Assembly: GCA_000402355.1 (NCBI GenBank)
Contig: AQRS01000042.1
Location: forward strand, 22,790-74,786
Source: Candidatus Iainarchaeum andersonii SCGC AAA011-E11
GTDB lineage: Archaea; Iainarchaeota; Iainarchaeia; Iainarchaeales; Iainarchaeaceae
DNA: 51,997 nucleotides
Direction: 5' to 3'
Position numbers and translations under genes: made by a program. Under the pieces are notes generated by a model, which was not told the origin of the DNA, did not search any database, and saw only the letters and a program-made list of their open reading frames with translations. Shown piece after piece: positions 27,513 through 36,019 of the stretch (positions within the stretch are counted from its first letter, which is position 1; each line of letters opens with the position of its first letter).

Positions 27513-27572
27513 AAACCTTTTTCTTTCCTTTAACAAGGAAAGAAAAAGCTTTACCAAAAAGAAAGGTGTAAT
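27513..27572 (-). promoter_or_regulatory. Conserved upstream module of giant gene 3: perfect 14-bp stem / 4-nt loop (27517-27548) plus one GCTTTACCAAAAAGAAAGGTGTA box
   Basis: Arms are CTTTTTCTTTCCTT (27517-27530) and AAGGAAAGAAAAAG (27535-27548), with loop TAAC. The module lies between the archaeosortase stop (27582) and a TATA-like ATTAATATAT (about 27496-27506 on the minus strand). It is homologous to 16412-16503. Confidence 0.45.
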
Positions 27573-27581
27573 TTCGGGGTT

Positions 27582-28145
27582 TCAGTGTGCTTTTTTTGTT
27601 GCCCAGCCGAACCACACGTAATAAAACCCGGCAATCACCACGAACAGGAAAACCCTGAACAAAATGTCATGCGAGAAATTGCCCGCGTCAAGCCCGAGCC
27701 ACGCGATTATCAAAATGCTTGAGATTATGCGCGCAAAATTGAAAGCAACCAATACAATGGCCGCCGCGGCAACCCCGATGAGCCTTTTCCTCAAATCAAT
27801 TCCGAAGCTGGCGAGCACCGCGCTCCAGACGATGGTTAATTCGAGAATGCCGGTGCACAAATAACTGAAACCGAGGGGCGCGGCAAAAGAATCAAGGTAA
27901 ACGAGCACAGGCTCCCCCGCAACAACAACGCCTTTGAAGCCCAGCAATTTCAGGAACCAGAGAGTCGCGGAAGCAAAGAACCCCTCGAACCATTCCAATG
28001 GAAAAAGCGAGAACACGAACCCGAAAAAAAGGAAAAGCACGACAATCGCGGCGATGAATTTTCCCGCCTGCAGAGCGTCCTTCCGCGAAAACATTTCCGT
28101 GCCATTTGCTTTTTTCATGGTTGCGTCCCCTGATGTGCGGCTCAT
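27582..28145 (-). CDS. Archaeosortase/exosortase-family protein (small form, about 187 aa)
   Basis: Polytopic membrane protein carrying the family's three signature positions in order: LGFSYLCTGILEL (Cys), VAFNFARIISS (Arg) and NFSHDILFRV (His). Preferred start is ATG 28145 (MSRTSGDATMKKANG...), which forms an ATGA overlap with the stop of the upstream gene. ATG 28118 is an alternative. The 112-aa extension of the track ORF (to 28481) lies inside the upstream CDS. Confidence 0.65.
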   Translation of the reverse strand: MSRTSGDATMKKANGTEMFSRKDALQAGKFIAAIVVLFLFFGFVFSLFPLEWFEGFFASATLWFLKLLGFKGVVVAGEPVLVYLDSFAAPLGFSYLCTGILELTIVWSAVLASFGIDLRKRLIGVAAAAIVLVAFNFARIISSILIIAWLGLDAGNFSHDILFRVFLFVVIAGFYYVWFGWATKKAH

Positions 28146-29008
28146 TTCAGTTCCTTGTGAATAAGCACCGCGAGATAATTGTTCGCAACCCCATACATCG
28201 CGCCCATAAAAACGTTCACCAGAGTAGGCAGTATCACCGCGAGTGCAATGAATCCCGTGTAAATTCCCGCGAGTTTTCCGAGCTCGGAAAAAGCGTAAAC
28301 AAGCGTGACGTTCGCGACCGCAAAAATAGCGAAAAGCCCCGCAGCCGGAACAATGACCCGCATTGCCTTTCCACTTGTTTCCTCCCAGCTCGCGGAAAGC
28401 GATTCGAGCACGTTCTTTTCCTCGGTGAAAAATATCGGGAAAGCCATGAGCAGGCGCGCAAAATTCCTTATGGTTACGCAAACATAAGCAAGCAGCAGCG
28501 TGAGTATGGCAAGGCTCACGAAATTCGCGAGCGCTTCGGAAAACTGCTGTGCTGTGCCCTGCAGAAAAGAAAGCGCAGCCGCCGCCAATGGGAGCAGCAA
28601 AAATTTTTTGTCGTAAAGCGAAAAGGCGCCCGCAAGGGTAGAGGCAATTATGAGCACGTAAGAGTGCAGCTTTTTCCTGGAATCAAATTTTCCCGTTTTG
28701 AACCCGAACTGCCGCAGCGCCGCCCTGATTATCAGCAGGTAAATGTAAACTGCCGCAATGCTTGCCGCTGCCGCAAGCGGAAAAAGCATGAGGTTAACCC
28801 CAGCATACTTATCCTGCAGCTGCTGCGCGGGCGCATCTTCAATGTACGGGATGCTGAAAAAATCCTGCCCCAAAAAATAAGAGTACGCCATTATTGAAAC
28901 CGCTGAAACGAGGAGCTGAAGGGAAAGCAGGATGGCAAAATATTTCATTGCCGCCTTATTTGGGCGCCACGCATTGAAAGAATTTGAAATCAGCTCGACA
29001 GAATCCAT
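28142..29008 (-). CDS. Polytopic membrane protein (288 aa, ~6 TM), unknown function, translationally coupled to the archaeosortase-family gene
   Basis: ATG at 29008 (MDSVELISNSFNAWRPNKAAMKYFAILLSLQLLVSAVSIMAY...). Repeated hydrophobic helices. Its stop overlaps the next start (ATGA at 28142-28145). Confidence 0.6.
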   Translation of the reverse strand: MDSVELISNSFNAWRPNKAAMKYFAILLSLQLLVSAVSIMAYSYFLGQDFFSIPYIEDAPAQQLQDKYAGVNLMLFPLAAAASIAAVYIYLLIIRAALRQFGFKTGKFDSRKKLHSYVLIIASTLAGAFSLYDKKFLLLPLAAAALSFLQGTAQQFSEALANFVSLAILTLLLAYVCVTIRNFARLLMAFPIFFTEEKNVLESLSASWEETSGKAMRVIVPAAGLFAIFAVANVTLVYAFSELGKLAGIYTGFIALAVILPTLVNVFMGAMYGVANNYLAVLIHKELK

Positions 29009-29215
29009 GCAACCGGCCTTTTACGCTAATAAGTATCATGTTCACGAATAAAAAATAGCCGTTTCCGAAAAAACGCAAAGCCCAATTTTTCCAGGCCGTG
29101 CGCGCTAATATAAAAGTATAATAATAAGAATCCCCATCTATTTCTCAAACAACCCAACCCCCTACGAGGGTTCCGTTGACGGTGTCGTTGAACCAGGCTA
29201 TTGGTGATTTGCGCA

Positions 29216-31492
29216 ATGAAGATAGGAGGTTTCGAAGTAGGCCCTTATGTCGTGAAGGACGAGGGCGGCAAGAGAATGCTCATTATTGACGCGCGCGACG
29301 CCTTCTATACTCCTTCAATTGCCGATGACAGGAACGCGCGCTACCACGTCCTGAAGGTCCTTTCCGAAGTCGAGGCGGACATCGTTGTCCTTGCCGAAGT
29401 TTACGAGCGCGTTTACGATGAGAAGCAGACGCAGATGCTCTCGGAAATCGCCTCCATGTACCAGAAGTTTGAGGTGGAAAACATCTGGAGCTACGCTCAT
29501 TTGGGAGATCCGAAAAAGGAATCCGAAAAGGATTTTGGGGAACGCCACAACATCATTGTGCGCATAACGCATGACGAGCTTTTGTTCGACCCGATTCTCT
29601 CGTACATCCGGCTGCTTCAGCAGATAAGCAATGAAAGGCAGAGGCTTGACTCGGTTCCCGCGGAGCAGCGCACCCAGCTTTTCCTCGGCACACTGATGCA
29701 TGTGAAGGAGAAGTTCGAGTCAACAGAGCTCATAAAAAAATCGAAAGTGATACTTTCAAAGCTCGAGAAAGTTCCGGACACGAACGAATTGTACAGGAGC
29801 TTCTTCGAGGCGCAGGTGAAGCCGAGCTTCATTGGTTCAAGATTGGTTTTCGGCGAGGAGGAGCAGCTCGAGCTTCTTGACGAGTACTCGGTCAAGGACG
29901 CAACCGTGCAGATATTCAAGCACCCGAACAAGGTTGAAAAGCTCTACTTCGTCAACCTGCCCGAATACTCTTTGTTCCCGGAAAAATATTTTTTGCTCAG
30001 CAAAACAAAGGAAACAGTCGCAACCTACAAGCCCGGCCGCGCGTCACTTTCAGAGGTCGCGAAAAGCAGGCGCTATTTCGAAAGGATTTACCAGTCAACA
30101 ATAAGGGACATTGCGAAGCACGAAAACATTTCAATAACCAACGACGAAATAATTGATTTGAGCCAGATTGTCGCGCGCTACACAGTCGGTTATGGGGTCC
30201 TGGAAATCCTTCTCTCTGACAGGAGGATTACGGACATTTACATCGACTCGCCGATCGGGGACAAAAGGATTTATTTGGTGCATTCGGAGTTCGGGCAGTG
30301 CCAGACCAACATAATTTACACGCAGGAAGAGGCGGATTCGTTTTCCTCAAAACTCAGGGCAATGTCCGGAAGGCCTTTTGATGAGGCCCATCCGGTGCTT
30401 GACTTTGATTTGCCCGACCTTGAAACAAGGGTTGCGGCAATAGGCCCTCCCCTTGCGCCCGACGGAACCGCGTTTGCGTTCAGGCTGCACAAGACAACGC
30501 CATGGACGCTCGCACAGTTCGTGGACGTCAAATATTTGCCCCCGCTTGCAGCCGGCCTGCTTTCCTTCTTCGTTGACCAGCAGGCAACAATGCTCGTTAC
30601 CGGTTCAAGGGGTTCCGGAAAAACTTCGCTGATGAGCAGCCTAATGCTTGAGATTTCACAGAACTCCCGCATAATAGTCCAGGAGGACACGCTTGAGCTG
30701 CCGGGAAACTACCTGAAGAGCATCGGCTTCAACATCCAGAGGCTCAAGACAAGGTCTCCCATCGGGGCGCGCGAAAACGACAGTGAAATCGCACCTGAAG
30801 AAGCGCTCCGAACCGCTTTGAGGCTCGGCGATTCCGCCCTCATTGTCGGCGAGGTAAGGAGCAAGGAAGCAAAAGTTTTGTACGAGGCGATGCGTGTCGG
30901 CGCCGCGGGAAACATTGTAATGGGCACAATTCATGGTGATAGTGCCTACAGCGTGTGGGACCGCGTTGTGAATGATTTGGAGGTCCCCAATACTTCGTTC
31001 AAGGCAACCGATATCGTTGTTGTTGCGCGCCCCATAAGGTTCAAGGGAAGCCTCGAGAGGCACCGCCGCATTGTCCAAGTAACGGAAGTGAAGAAGCACT
31101 GGATAACAGACCCCGAACGCGAGGGCGGCCTTCTTGACCTGATGACTTATGACGCGAAAAAGGACAATCTCGAGCTGCTTGAGGACAACCTCAAGGAAAG
31201 CAACATTTTCTCGAAAATCAGCGGCATGTCCGGCCTTACAATAGACCAGATATGGAAAAGCATACGCATGAACGGCGAATCAAAAGGGTATCTGGTAGAG
31301 CTCAAGAACCAGCTTAAGCTGCCGGAGCTGCTTGAAGCCGAAAACACCGTTGCCGCGAACAACAAGCTCATGCTTTTGAAGGAAGACCAATTGGAGGAAT
31401 ACGGTTCCGTTGACTACAACGACGTTTTGGGCGAGTGGAAAAACTGGGTAAAAAATTACCTTGTGAAGCGCATAAAGAGGAGGCACACATAA
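29216..31492 (+). CDS. Type II/IV secretion-family ATPase (FlaI/PilB/GspE-like), long form (758 aa), type-IV-filament locus A
   Basis: Walker A is VTGSRGSGKTSLMSSL. Asp box is IIVQEDTLEL. Walker B is ALIVGEVRSKEA. His box is GNIVMGTIHGDS. ATG at 29216; the track start at 29201 is TTG. A ~400-aa N-terminal region precedes the ATPase core. Confidence 0.9.
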   Translation: MKIGGFEVGPYVVKDEGGKRMLIIDARDAFYTPSIADDRNARYHVLKVLSEVEADIVVLAEVYERVYDEKQTQMLSEIASMYQKFEVENIWSYAHLGDPKKESEKDFGERHNIIVRITHDELLFDPILSYIRLLQQISNERQRLDSVPAEQRTQLFLGTLMHVKEKFESTELIKKSKVILSKLEKVPDTNELYRSFFEAQVKPSFIGSRLVFGEEEQLELLDEYSVKDATVQIFKHPNKVEKLYFVNLPEYSLFPEKYFLLSKTKETVATYKPGRASLSEVAKSRRYFERIYQSTIRDIAKHENISITNDEIIDLSQIVARYTVGYGVLEILLSDRRITDIYIDSPIGDKRIYLVHSEFGQCQTNIIYTQEEADSFSSKLRAMSGRPFDEAHPVLDFDLPDLETRVAAIGPPLAPDGTAFAFRLHKTTPWTLAQFVDVKYLPPLAAGLLSFFVDQQATMLVTGSRGSGKTSLMSSLMLEISQNSRIIVQEDTLELPGNYLKSIGFNIQRLKTRSPIGARENDSEIAPEEALRTALRLGDSALIVGEVRSKEAKVLYEAMRVGAAGNIVMGTIHGDSAYSVWDRVVNDLEVPNTSFKATDIVVVARPIRFKGSLERHRRIVQVTEVKKHWITDPEREGGLLDLMTYDAKKDNLELLEDNLKESNIFSKISGMSGLTIDQIWKSIRMNGESKGYLVELKNQLKLPELLEAENTVAANNKLMLLKEDQLEEYGSVDYNDVLGEWKNWVKNYLVKRIKRRHT

Positions 31493-33855
31493 TGCCTTCA
31501 GGGCGCGAGTTTTCAGGGGAAGAGAGGCAGACCGCGAGCATCGGCGAGCTCTACGAAAAAATAACTGTTTCTTCAAAGGACTTCGAGGAAGGCGAGAGGA
31601 AGCTCGAAAAAAAAATCGAGCACCCGTTTGTGAGGCTGTGCAGGCGCCTCCACGCGTACTCCCCTTCATTCGGGAACGGCGGCATTTTAACCGCCGAGAA
31701 CAAATCCGCAATGGATTTTTTGGGCTGGAAACTTACGGCTGAGGAATACACCGCGGCCGCAAAAATCGTGCTGGTTGTTTCGCTCGGATTGGCGTTTCTT
31801 GCCGGCATGGTTGTGCTCTTCACTCCATTGATTGACGTGGTTGCGCTGCTCACGGGCGGCGGGGTAACAGCGCTCATTTTTTCCTTCATGCCTTTTCTTC
31901 TCGTTGCTTCCGCAGTGATTTATTATTTCCAGATGTACCCGCAGATTGAGGCGAAGCGCGAACAGACAAAAGCGCTCACTTATGTTCCCGAAATGATGGG
32001 CTACATGATTATGTCCATAAAGCTCGTGCCGAACCTCGAGAAGGCGATCGAGTTTGCCGCGGAGCACGGCAGGGGAAAAATCGCGGACGACTTCAAGAAC
32101 CTGATTTGGGAGGTCCAGATTGGCGTCCACAATTCTATTTCGGAAGGCCTTGACGCCTTGGCTTACCGCTGGGGAAAGCACAGCGAGGAATTCAAGCGCG
32201 CGCTCATGAGGATACGCGCATCAGTAATCGAAAACACGGAAGCGAAAAGATACGCGCTGCTTGACCAGACAATGACGGAAATGCTTGAGAGCATCCGCTC
32301 CAAAATGGAGCAGTACGCCCGCAACCTCTCACAGCCGAGCACGCTGCTCTTCTACATCGGGATTCTCCTGCCTTTGCTCCTCATAATAATTCTTCCCGTC
32401 GGCAGCTCGTTTTCCGGCGCGCCGCTCGCAAACCCCCTCGTGCTTTTCCTGATTTACAACATCATAATTCCATTGGTGACGATTGCGTTTGCCTACAGCC
32501 TGATCCAGAACAAGCCGCCGACTTATGAGGCTCCCGTGATTCCGGACAATTACCCCGGGCTTCCCCCAAAGTGGAAGGCAAGAATCGGGGGCACATTTGT
32601 GGACATCAGGTTCATTGCAGCGGCAATAGCCGTGCTCGGCTTGGTTTCGTGTTTCGTTGTCTCTACACAAGGGATTCCGCCCAAAAGCCTTTATGGCGCG
32701 CTTGGCCTGGATGAACAAAAGTACAAGCCTCTTGTGGCGCCTGACAAGTCAAAGGAGCAGGTTCTTGTTGCGGCGGGAAGAAACCCGAGTTACTTCGCAT
32801 TGGATGAAACCGGCTTGAGGTACGGGCAACTGCTGGGCCAGCGCCTTCCGGGCGCTGAAACCGATGAGGACAGGCAGAAAATAATCGAGACCGTTAAAAA
32901 GGATGTTCTTGCGGAGGAGCAGATATTCTTTTCGCAGAGCCGGAACGACGTCGCGCCTTACAAGCTCGTTTTTGGCCTGCTCATAACCTTTTCCCTGGTG
33001 CTTTACGTGCTTCTTTTCTACTCCAGCATCTACAAGAAAAAGGCGCAGGAAGATGTCCAGGAAATGGAGTCCGAATTCAAGGACTCGCTTTACGTGCTTG
33101 CCTCGAGGATGGGCGAGAACAAGCCCGTCGAGGTTGCATTGAAGCATGTGCAGGAATTCCTGCCTGATGCAAAGGTCTCGAAAACAATTTTCGCGAGAAC
33201 CCTTGACAACATAAACCTCCTAGGCATGCCGCTCGAGTCCGCGGTCTTTGACAAGGATTATGGCTCGGTTTCAAAAATCCCCTCAAACATAATCCGCGGC
33301 TCAATGAAGATGCTGATTGACTCGGTCCAGCTCGGGGTCAATGTTGCCGCCAGAACAATGATTTCGCTTTCAATCCAATTGCGCAACTCCGAGAAAGTCA
33401 ACGAAACACTGAAAATCCTTGTTTCTGATATAACAGGCACGATGAAGACAATGACGATTTTCATTGCGCCCATAGTCCTTGGAATAACCACGAGCCTCCA
33501 GAGAATAGTGATTGTCACCATTTCATCCATTGCGTCTCAAGGAGCGTCTTCGGCCGCCTCAAGCAGCGCGCTCGCTGCTTCTGGAAGCTCGTTTTCCGGG
33601 CTGAGCGTTTCGGGCCTGGTTTCCTCCGAGGCAATAGCCGGAATCGCCTCGCCAACGCAGTTCATAATCATTGTAGCGCTGTACATAGTCGAGCTAGTCT
33701 TCATTCTGGGTTACTTCACCACAAAAATAGAGGAAGACAATGATTTGCTCGTGAAAATCAACATCGCGAAGTTCATGCCCATTGCAATCACAATATTTGT
33801 TTTGAGCATGCTGATATCCAACCTCCTGCTTGCCACGGGAGGCACGGGCGCATGA
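31492..33855 (+). CDS. FlaJ/TadC/PilC-like polytopic platform protein (787 aa, two T2SS-F-type cytoplasmic domains), locus A
   Basis: ATG 31492 overlaps the ATPase stop (TAATG). There are two helical T2SSF-like modules, each followed by TM bundles: YVPEMMGYMIMSIKLVPNLEKAIEFAAEHGRGKIADDFKNLIWEVQIGV... and FKDSLYVLASRMGENKPVEVALKHVQEFLP...LLGMPLESAV. The gene sits next to the ATPase. Confidence 0.85.
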   Translation: MPSGREFSGEERQTASIGELYEKITVSSKDFEEGERKLEKKIEHPFVRLCRRLHAYSPSFGNGGILTAENKSAMDFLGWKLTAEEYTAAAKIVLVVSLGLAFLAGMVVLFTPLIDVVALLTGGGVTALIFSFMPFLLVASAVIYYFQMYPQIEAKREQTKALTYVPEMMGYMIMSIKLVPNLEKAIEFAAEHGRGKIADDFKNLIWEVQIGVHNSISEGLDALAYRWGKHSEEFKRALMRIRASVIENTEAKRYALLDQTMTEMLESIRSKMEQYARNLSQPSTLLFYIGILLPLLLIIILPVGSSFSGAPLANPLVLFLIYNIIIPLVTIAFAYSLIQNKPPTYEAPVIPDNYPGLPPKWKARIGGTFVDIRFIAAAIAVLGLVSCFVVSTQGIPPKSLYGALGLDEQKYKPLVAPDKSKEQVLVAAGRNPSYFALDETGLRYGQLLGQRLPGAETDEDRQKIIETVKKDVLAEEQIFFSQSRNDVAPYKLVFGLLITFSLVLYVLLFYSSIYKKKAQEDVQEMESEFKDSLYVLASRMGENKPVEVALKHVQEFLPDAKVSKTIFARTLDNINLLGMPLESAVFDKDYGSVSKIPSNIIRGSMKMLIDSVQLGVNVAARTMISLSIQLRNSEKVNETLKILVSDITGTMKTMTIFIAPIVLGITTSLQRIVIVTISSIASQGASSAASSSALAASGSSFSGLSVSGLVSSEAIAGIASPTQFIIIVALYIVELVFILGYFTTKIEEDNDLLVKINIAKFMPIAITIFVLSMLISNLLLATGGTGA

Positions 33856-34307
33856 ATTCCAATGCGCAGGCCTTCGAGGTCTACAGGCTCCTCATAGGCG
33901 CGATAATAGCGCTCCTCATTCTCGTGATAATCGTTGGCGCAATAAATTATTTCGACAACCTGACAATTGACGTGAGCAGGCAGAGGTTTTTCAGCGGGCT
34001 CTCGAATGCGGTTGACCAGCCGAACGGCGAATCACTCATGATTGAGGGCGTGGTTTTCCGGCGCGGCGAAGCCTTCACTTCGCGCGCACTCGCTCTGCAG
34101 ATGGGCATCGGCGAGGACTGCGTTGAATTTGCGGGCAATGATTCCTCGGGAATTTCCCTGGGAGACGGCATAGTCACTGTAAAGGAAAAGCTGAAGACCG
34201 ACGTTTTCGTGAAGTGCGAAACAAACAGCCAGGAAAGCCCCGCAATCGCGGTTCCAAGCGGCTGCGAAATTGCCTGCGAAATAGGCTTCGGCGAACCGAT
34301 AGGCTGA
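33852..34307 (+). CDS. Pilin-like protein with class III signal (MNSNA|QAFEVYRLLIGAIIALLILVIIVGA)
   Basis: ATGA overlap with the platform gene. A short leader, Q at +1 and a ~22-aa hydrophobic helix are followed by a small soluble domain. Confidence 0.65.
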   Translation: MNSNAQAFEVYRLLIGAIIALLILVIIVGAINYFDNLTIDVSRQRFFSGLSNAVDQPNGESLMIEGVVFRRGEAFTSRALALQMGIGEDCVEFAGNDSSGISLGDGIVTVKEKLKTDVFVKCETNSQESPAIAVPSGCEIACEIGFGEPIG

Positions 34308-34367
34308 GGCAAAAAAACAAGACAGTGGAATTGCCTCACGCAGTGTTTGAGGCAGGAAAGACAATAG

Positions 34368-34652
34368 AATTGCACGCTGCAGCTCCTGCAACTCTTTCAA
34401 TGACATCCTTGGTCCTAAGTCGCCGGCATTCAATTCAAACAATTGCCAGCAGTTTTCCTTTGCAGTGATTTCAGCCAACAGGGTTTTTCCCAAGCCAGTG
34501 TTTCCAAAAAACAACAATGGCTTTTGCTTTACTCCATTCTTCCAGCCATCACTCCACTTTTTTACGGCAGCAACTGCTGAAGGATTTCCCACAATCTCGG
34601 AAAATTTTTGCGGAGCAAACTTTTCAGTCCAAAGCATTGCTTTTTCAGGCAT
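34368..34652 (-). pseudogene. N-terminal fragment (~95 aa) of a replication factor C large-subunit-like AAA+ protein
   Basis: MPEKAMLWTEKFAPQKFSEIVGNPSAVAAVKKWSDGWKNGVKQKPLLFFGNTGLGKTLLAEITAKENCWQLFELNAGD matches the RFC-L N-terminus pattern (LW.EKY.P....E.VG... W...W...... LLL.GPPG.GKT.LA......G.....ELNASD). The Walker A is degraded (GNTGLGKT). Similarity stops after about 95 aa. The remaining ORF (to 34032) is low-quality and overlaps the pilin CDS. Confidence 0.45.
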
Positions 34653-34697
34653 ATTGAGTATTCCTATTAAAAAATTTTAATAACCAAAATTGTTCTA

Positions 34698-35240
34698 ATG
34701 GCTCACAAGGTAACTCCTTCAAGGAGAAAGTTTAGGATTGCAAAAGAATTTGCAAGGGCTTTGGCTGCTGATTTGGGAAAAGACTTGAAAGCTGTTTTTG
34801 TTACCGGAAGCGTTGCAGCAAACATGGCAAATCCAAGGTCAGACATCGACATTGTAGTTATTGTTAAAAACCCAGACCACTACTTTCACTTTCCAACGGC
34901 AGAACGCATATTTCGCAAATGCGCTGCAACTGGTGGAGAACACAATATAGACTTCTTTGTTGTTGACACTAAAACTTTCGGAAATCCTGGAAAAGATCGT
35001 ATTGTTCAAAAATGGCCTGCTGGATATGCTATGCAAAAAGGGGCTTTGCCAATCTTTGGGGATAGAAAGTACTTGCAAAGGCTTGCTGGAAAATTCTACA
35101 ACCTGCCAAACAAGGAAAGAGTGCTTGGAAAGTATGTTCCGCTAAAGGAAGGGCTTTTGCCCGGAGAAAAACTACTACTACACAACAGGATAAAGTTCAA
35201 GCGTTCGAAGAAAGGATTGCAGCGTTTTTCTCCTCGCTGA
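34698..35240 (+). CDS. Nucleotidyltransferase-domain protein (Pol-beta/MNT superfamily), 180 aa
   Basis: VFVTGSVAANMANPRSDIDIVVIV matches the G-S-x(9-12)-D-x-D signature of minimal nucleotidyltransferases. ATG at 34698. It lies in the low-GC islet. Confidence 0.75.
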   Translation: MAHKVTPSRRKFRIAKEFARALAADLGKDLKAVFVTGSVAANMANPRSDIDIVVIVKNPDHYFHFPTAERIFRKCAATGGEHNIDFFVVDTKTFGNPGKDRIVQKWPAGYAMQKGALPIFGDRKYLQRLAGKFYNLPNKERVLGKYVPLKEGLLPGEKLLLHNRIKFKRSKKGLQRFSPR

Positions 35241-35393
35241 ATCAATATTCCAGCAGATTTTGATTTTAATGCTTGAGCAGGCAGGCATTGCATAGACTGT
35301 TTGCTTCACGCGTTTTAAACTCACAACACCCAACTTTTTCAACTGGCTAAAATCCCTGCTGATTGCTTCCTGAGGCCTGTTCAATTGTTCCAC
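35178..35393 (-). CDS. Possible small winged-helix (ArsR/TrmB-like) DNA-binding protein or remnant (71 aa)
   Basis: RPQEAISRDFSQLKKLGVVSLKRVKQTVYA resembles a recognition helix plus wing of wHTH regulators. N-terminal helices are missing, and the 3' end overlaps the nucleotidyltransferase gene by 63 nt. This is a weak call. Confidence 0.3.
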   Translation of the reverse strand: MEQLNRPQEAISRDFSQLKKLGVVSLKRVKQTVYAMPACSSIKIKICWNIDSARRKTLQSFLRTLELYPVV

Positions 35394-35406
35394 AACTGCT
35401 GAAACA

Positions 35407-35414
35407 TTTATATA
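35407..35414 (+). promoter_or_regulatory. TATA box (TTTATATA) for the pilin gene at 35445
   Basis: Perfect archaeal TATA consensus 30 nt upstream of the ATG, which implies a very short leader or none. Confidence 0.45.
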
Positions 35415-35444
35415 TGTCTTATTTCATTACGTTTACTGACTCGC

Positions 35445-35984
35445 ATGAACCATAAGGGACAGGCAAACAGCGTTTTCCAGCTGCTTATTGCGGCTGTGGT
35501 AGCGGGCGCGATATTGATTATCCTTCTGCAGGTGCTCAGAATAATTCCGCCTCTCGGCGGGGATGACCCCAACGAGGTTGCCGCCAACGCCGTAAAGAGC
35601 CAGGTTAATGACGTGGGCCTGGTTAAGCTCACTTCTTCGGTAACGTTTGGCCAGCAGTCAAGCCTCAATGCGAGGACAATCGCGGATAAATCCGGCGGCC
35701 TCGCACCTGACCAGGTATGCATCGTTCTCGGGAACAGCGCCCCAAGTTTCGGGAATGACACCGTGTGGAATTTGGGCGGCGGCGAAGGGCAACTCGTGCA
35801 GTACAAGGGCGGTTTCTCCCAGACCACAAAGCTTCTTGTTGTTTGCGACAGGTCAGGGGAGCTGGACCAGACACTTGAGGATTACGGTTATTCCGATGAC
35901 ATCAGCACGGATGATTGCAGCGACAAGTTCGGCAGTGGAAGCACCAGCAAAGTGTGCCTCGTCGCGATTATATCCGACCAATAA
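35445..35984 (+). CDS. Pilin-like protein with class III signal (MNHKG|QANSVFQLLIAAVVAGAILIILLQVL)
   Basis: KG|Q cleavage-type motif plus a hydrophobic helix, followed by a 150-aa soluble domain. Confidence 0.7.
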   Translation: MNHKGQANSVFQLLIAAVVAGAILIILLQVLRIIPPLGGDDPNEVAANAVKSQVNDVGLVKLTSSVTFGQQSSLNARTIADKSGGLAPDQVCIVLGNSAPSFGNDTVWNLGGGEGQLVQYKGGFSQTTKLLVVCDRSGELDQTLEDYGYSDDISTDDCSDKFGSGSTSKVCLVAIISDQ

Positions 35985-35993
35985 AATTTAATA
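35984..35993 (+). promoter_or_regulatory. TATA-like box (AAATTTAATA) for the small gene at 36020
   Basis: Centre about 30 nt upstream of ATG 36020. It shares TTTAATACTACTTT with the promoter at 36213. Confidence 0.35.
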
Positions 35994-36019
35994 CTACTTT
36001 CCACCCCATCTTCCTTATT

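Noticed and set aside
27582-28481. The full 299-aa track ORF as the archaeosortase gene
   Set aside because: Its first ~112 aa (R/G/C-rich, no TM) lie inside the 28142-29008 membrane-protein CDS in another frame. An ATG at 28145 gives an ATGA coupling and a protein of typical small-archaeosortase size.
31435-31491. An upstream extension of the platform gene (track start 31435), and similar non-ATG track starts at 29201, 41356, 18874, 50420 and 51855
   Set aside because: These start at TTG, GTG or other ATG codons inside the preceding gene or intergenic DNA. In each case a nearby ATG gives a stop/start overlap or correct TATA spacing. Exact starts remain uncertain without N-terminal proteomics or start-site data.
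34032-34367. The C-terminal two thirds of the 206-aa RFC-like ORF
   Set aside because: Similarity to RFC stops after about 95 aa. The remainder is compositionally odd (…FFASAYRFAEAYFAGNFAAAWNRDCGAF…) and overlaps the well-supported pilin CDS 33852-34307 on the opposite strand.
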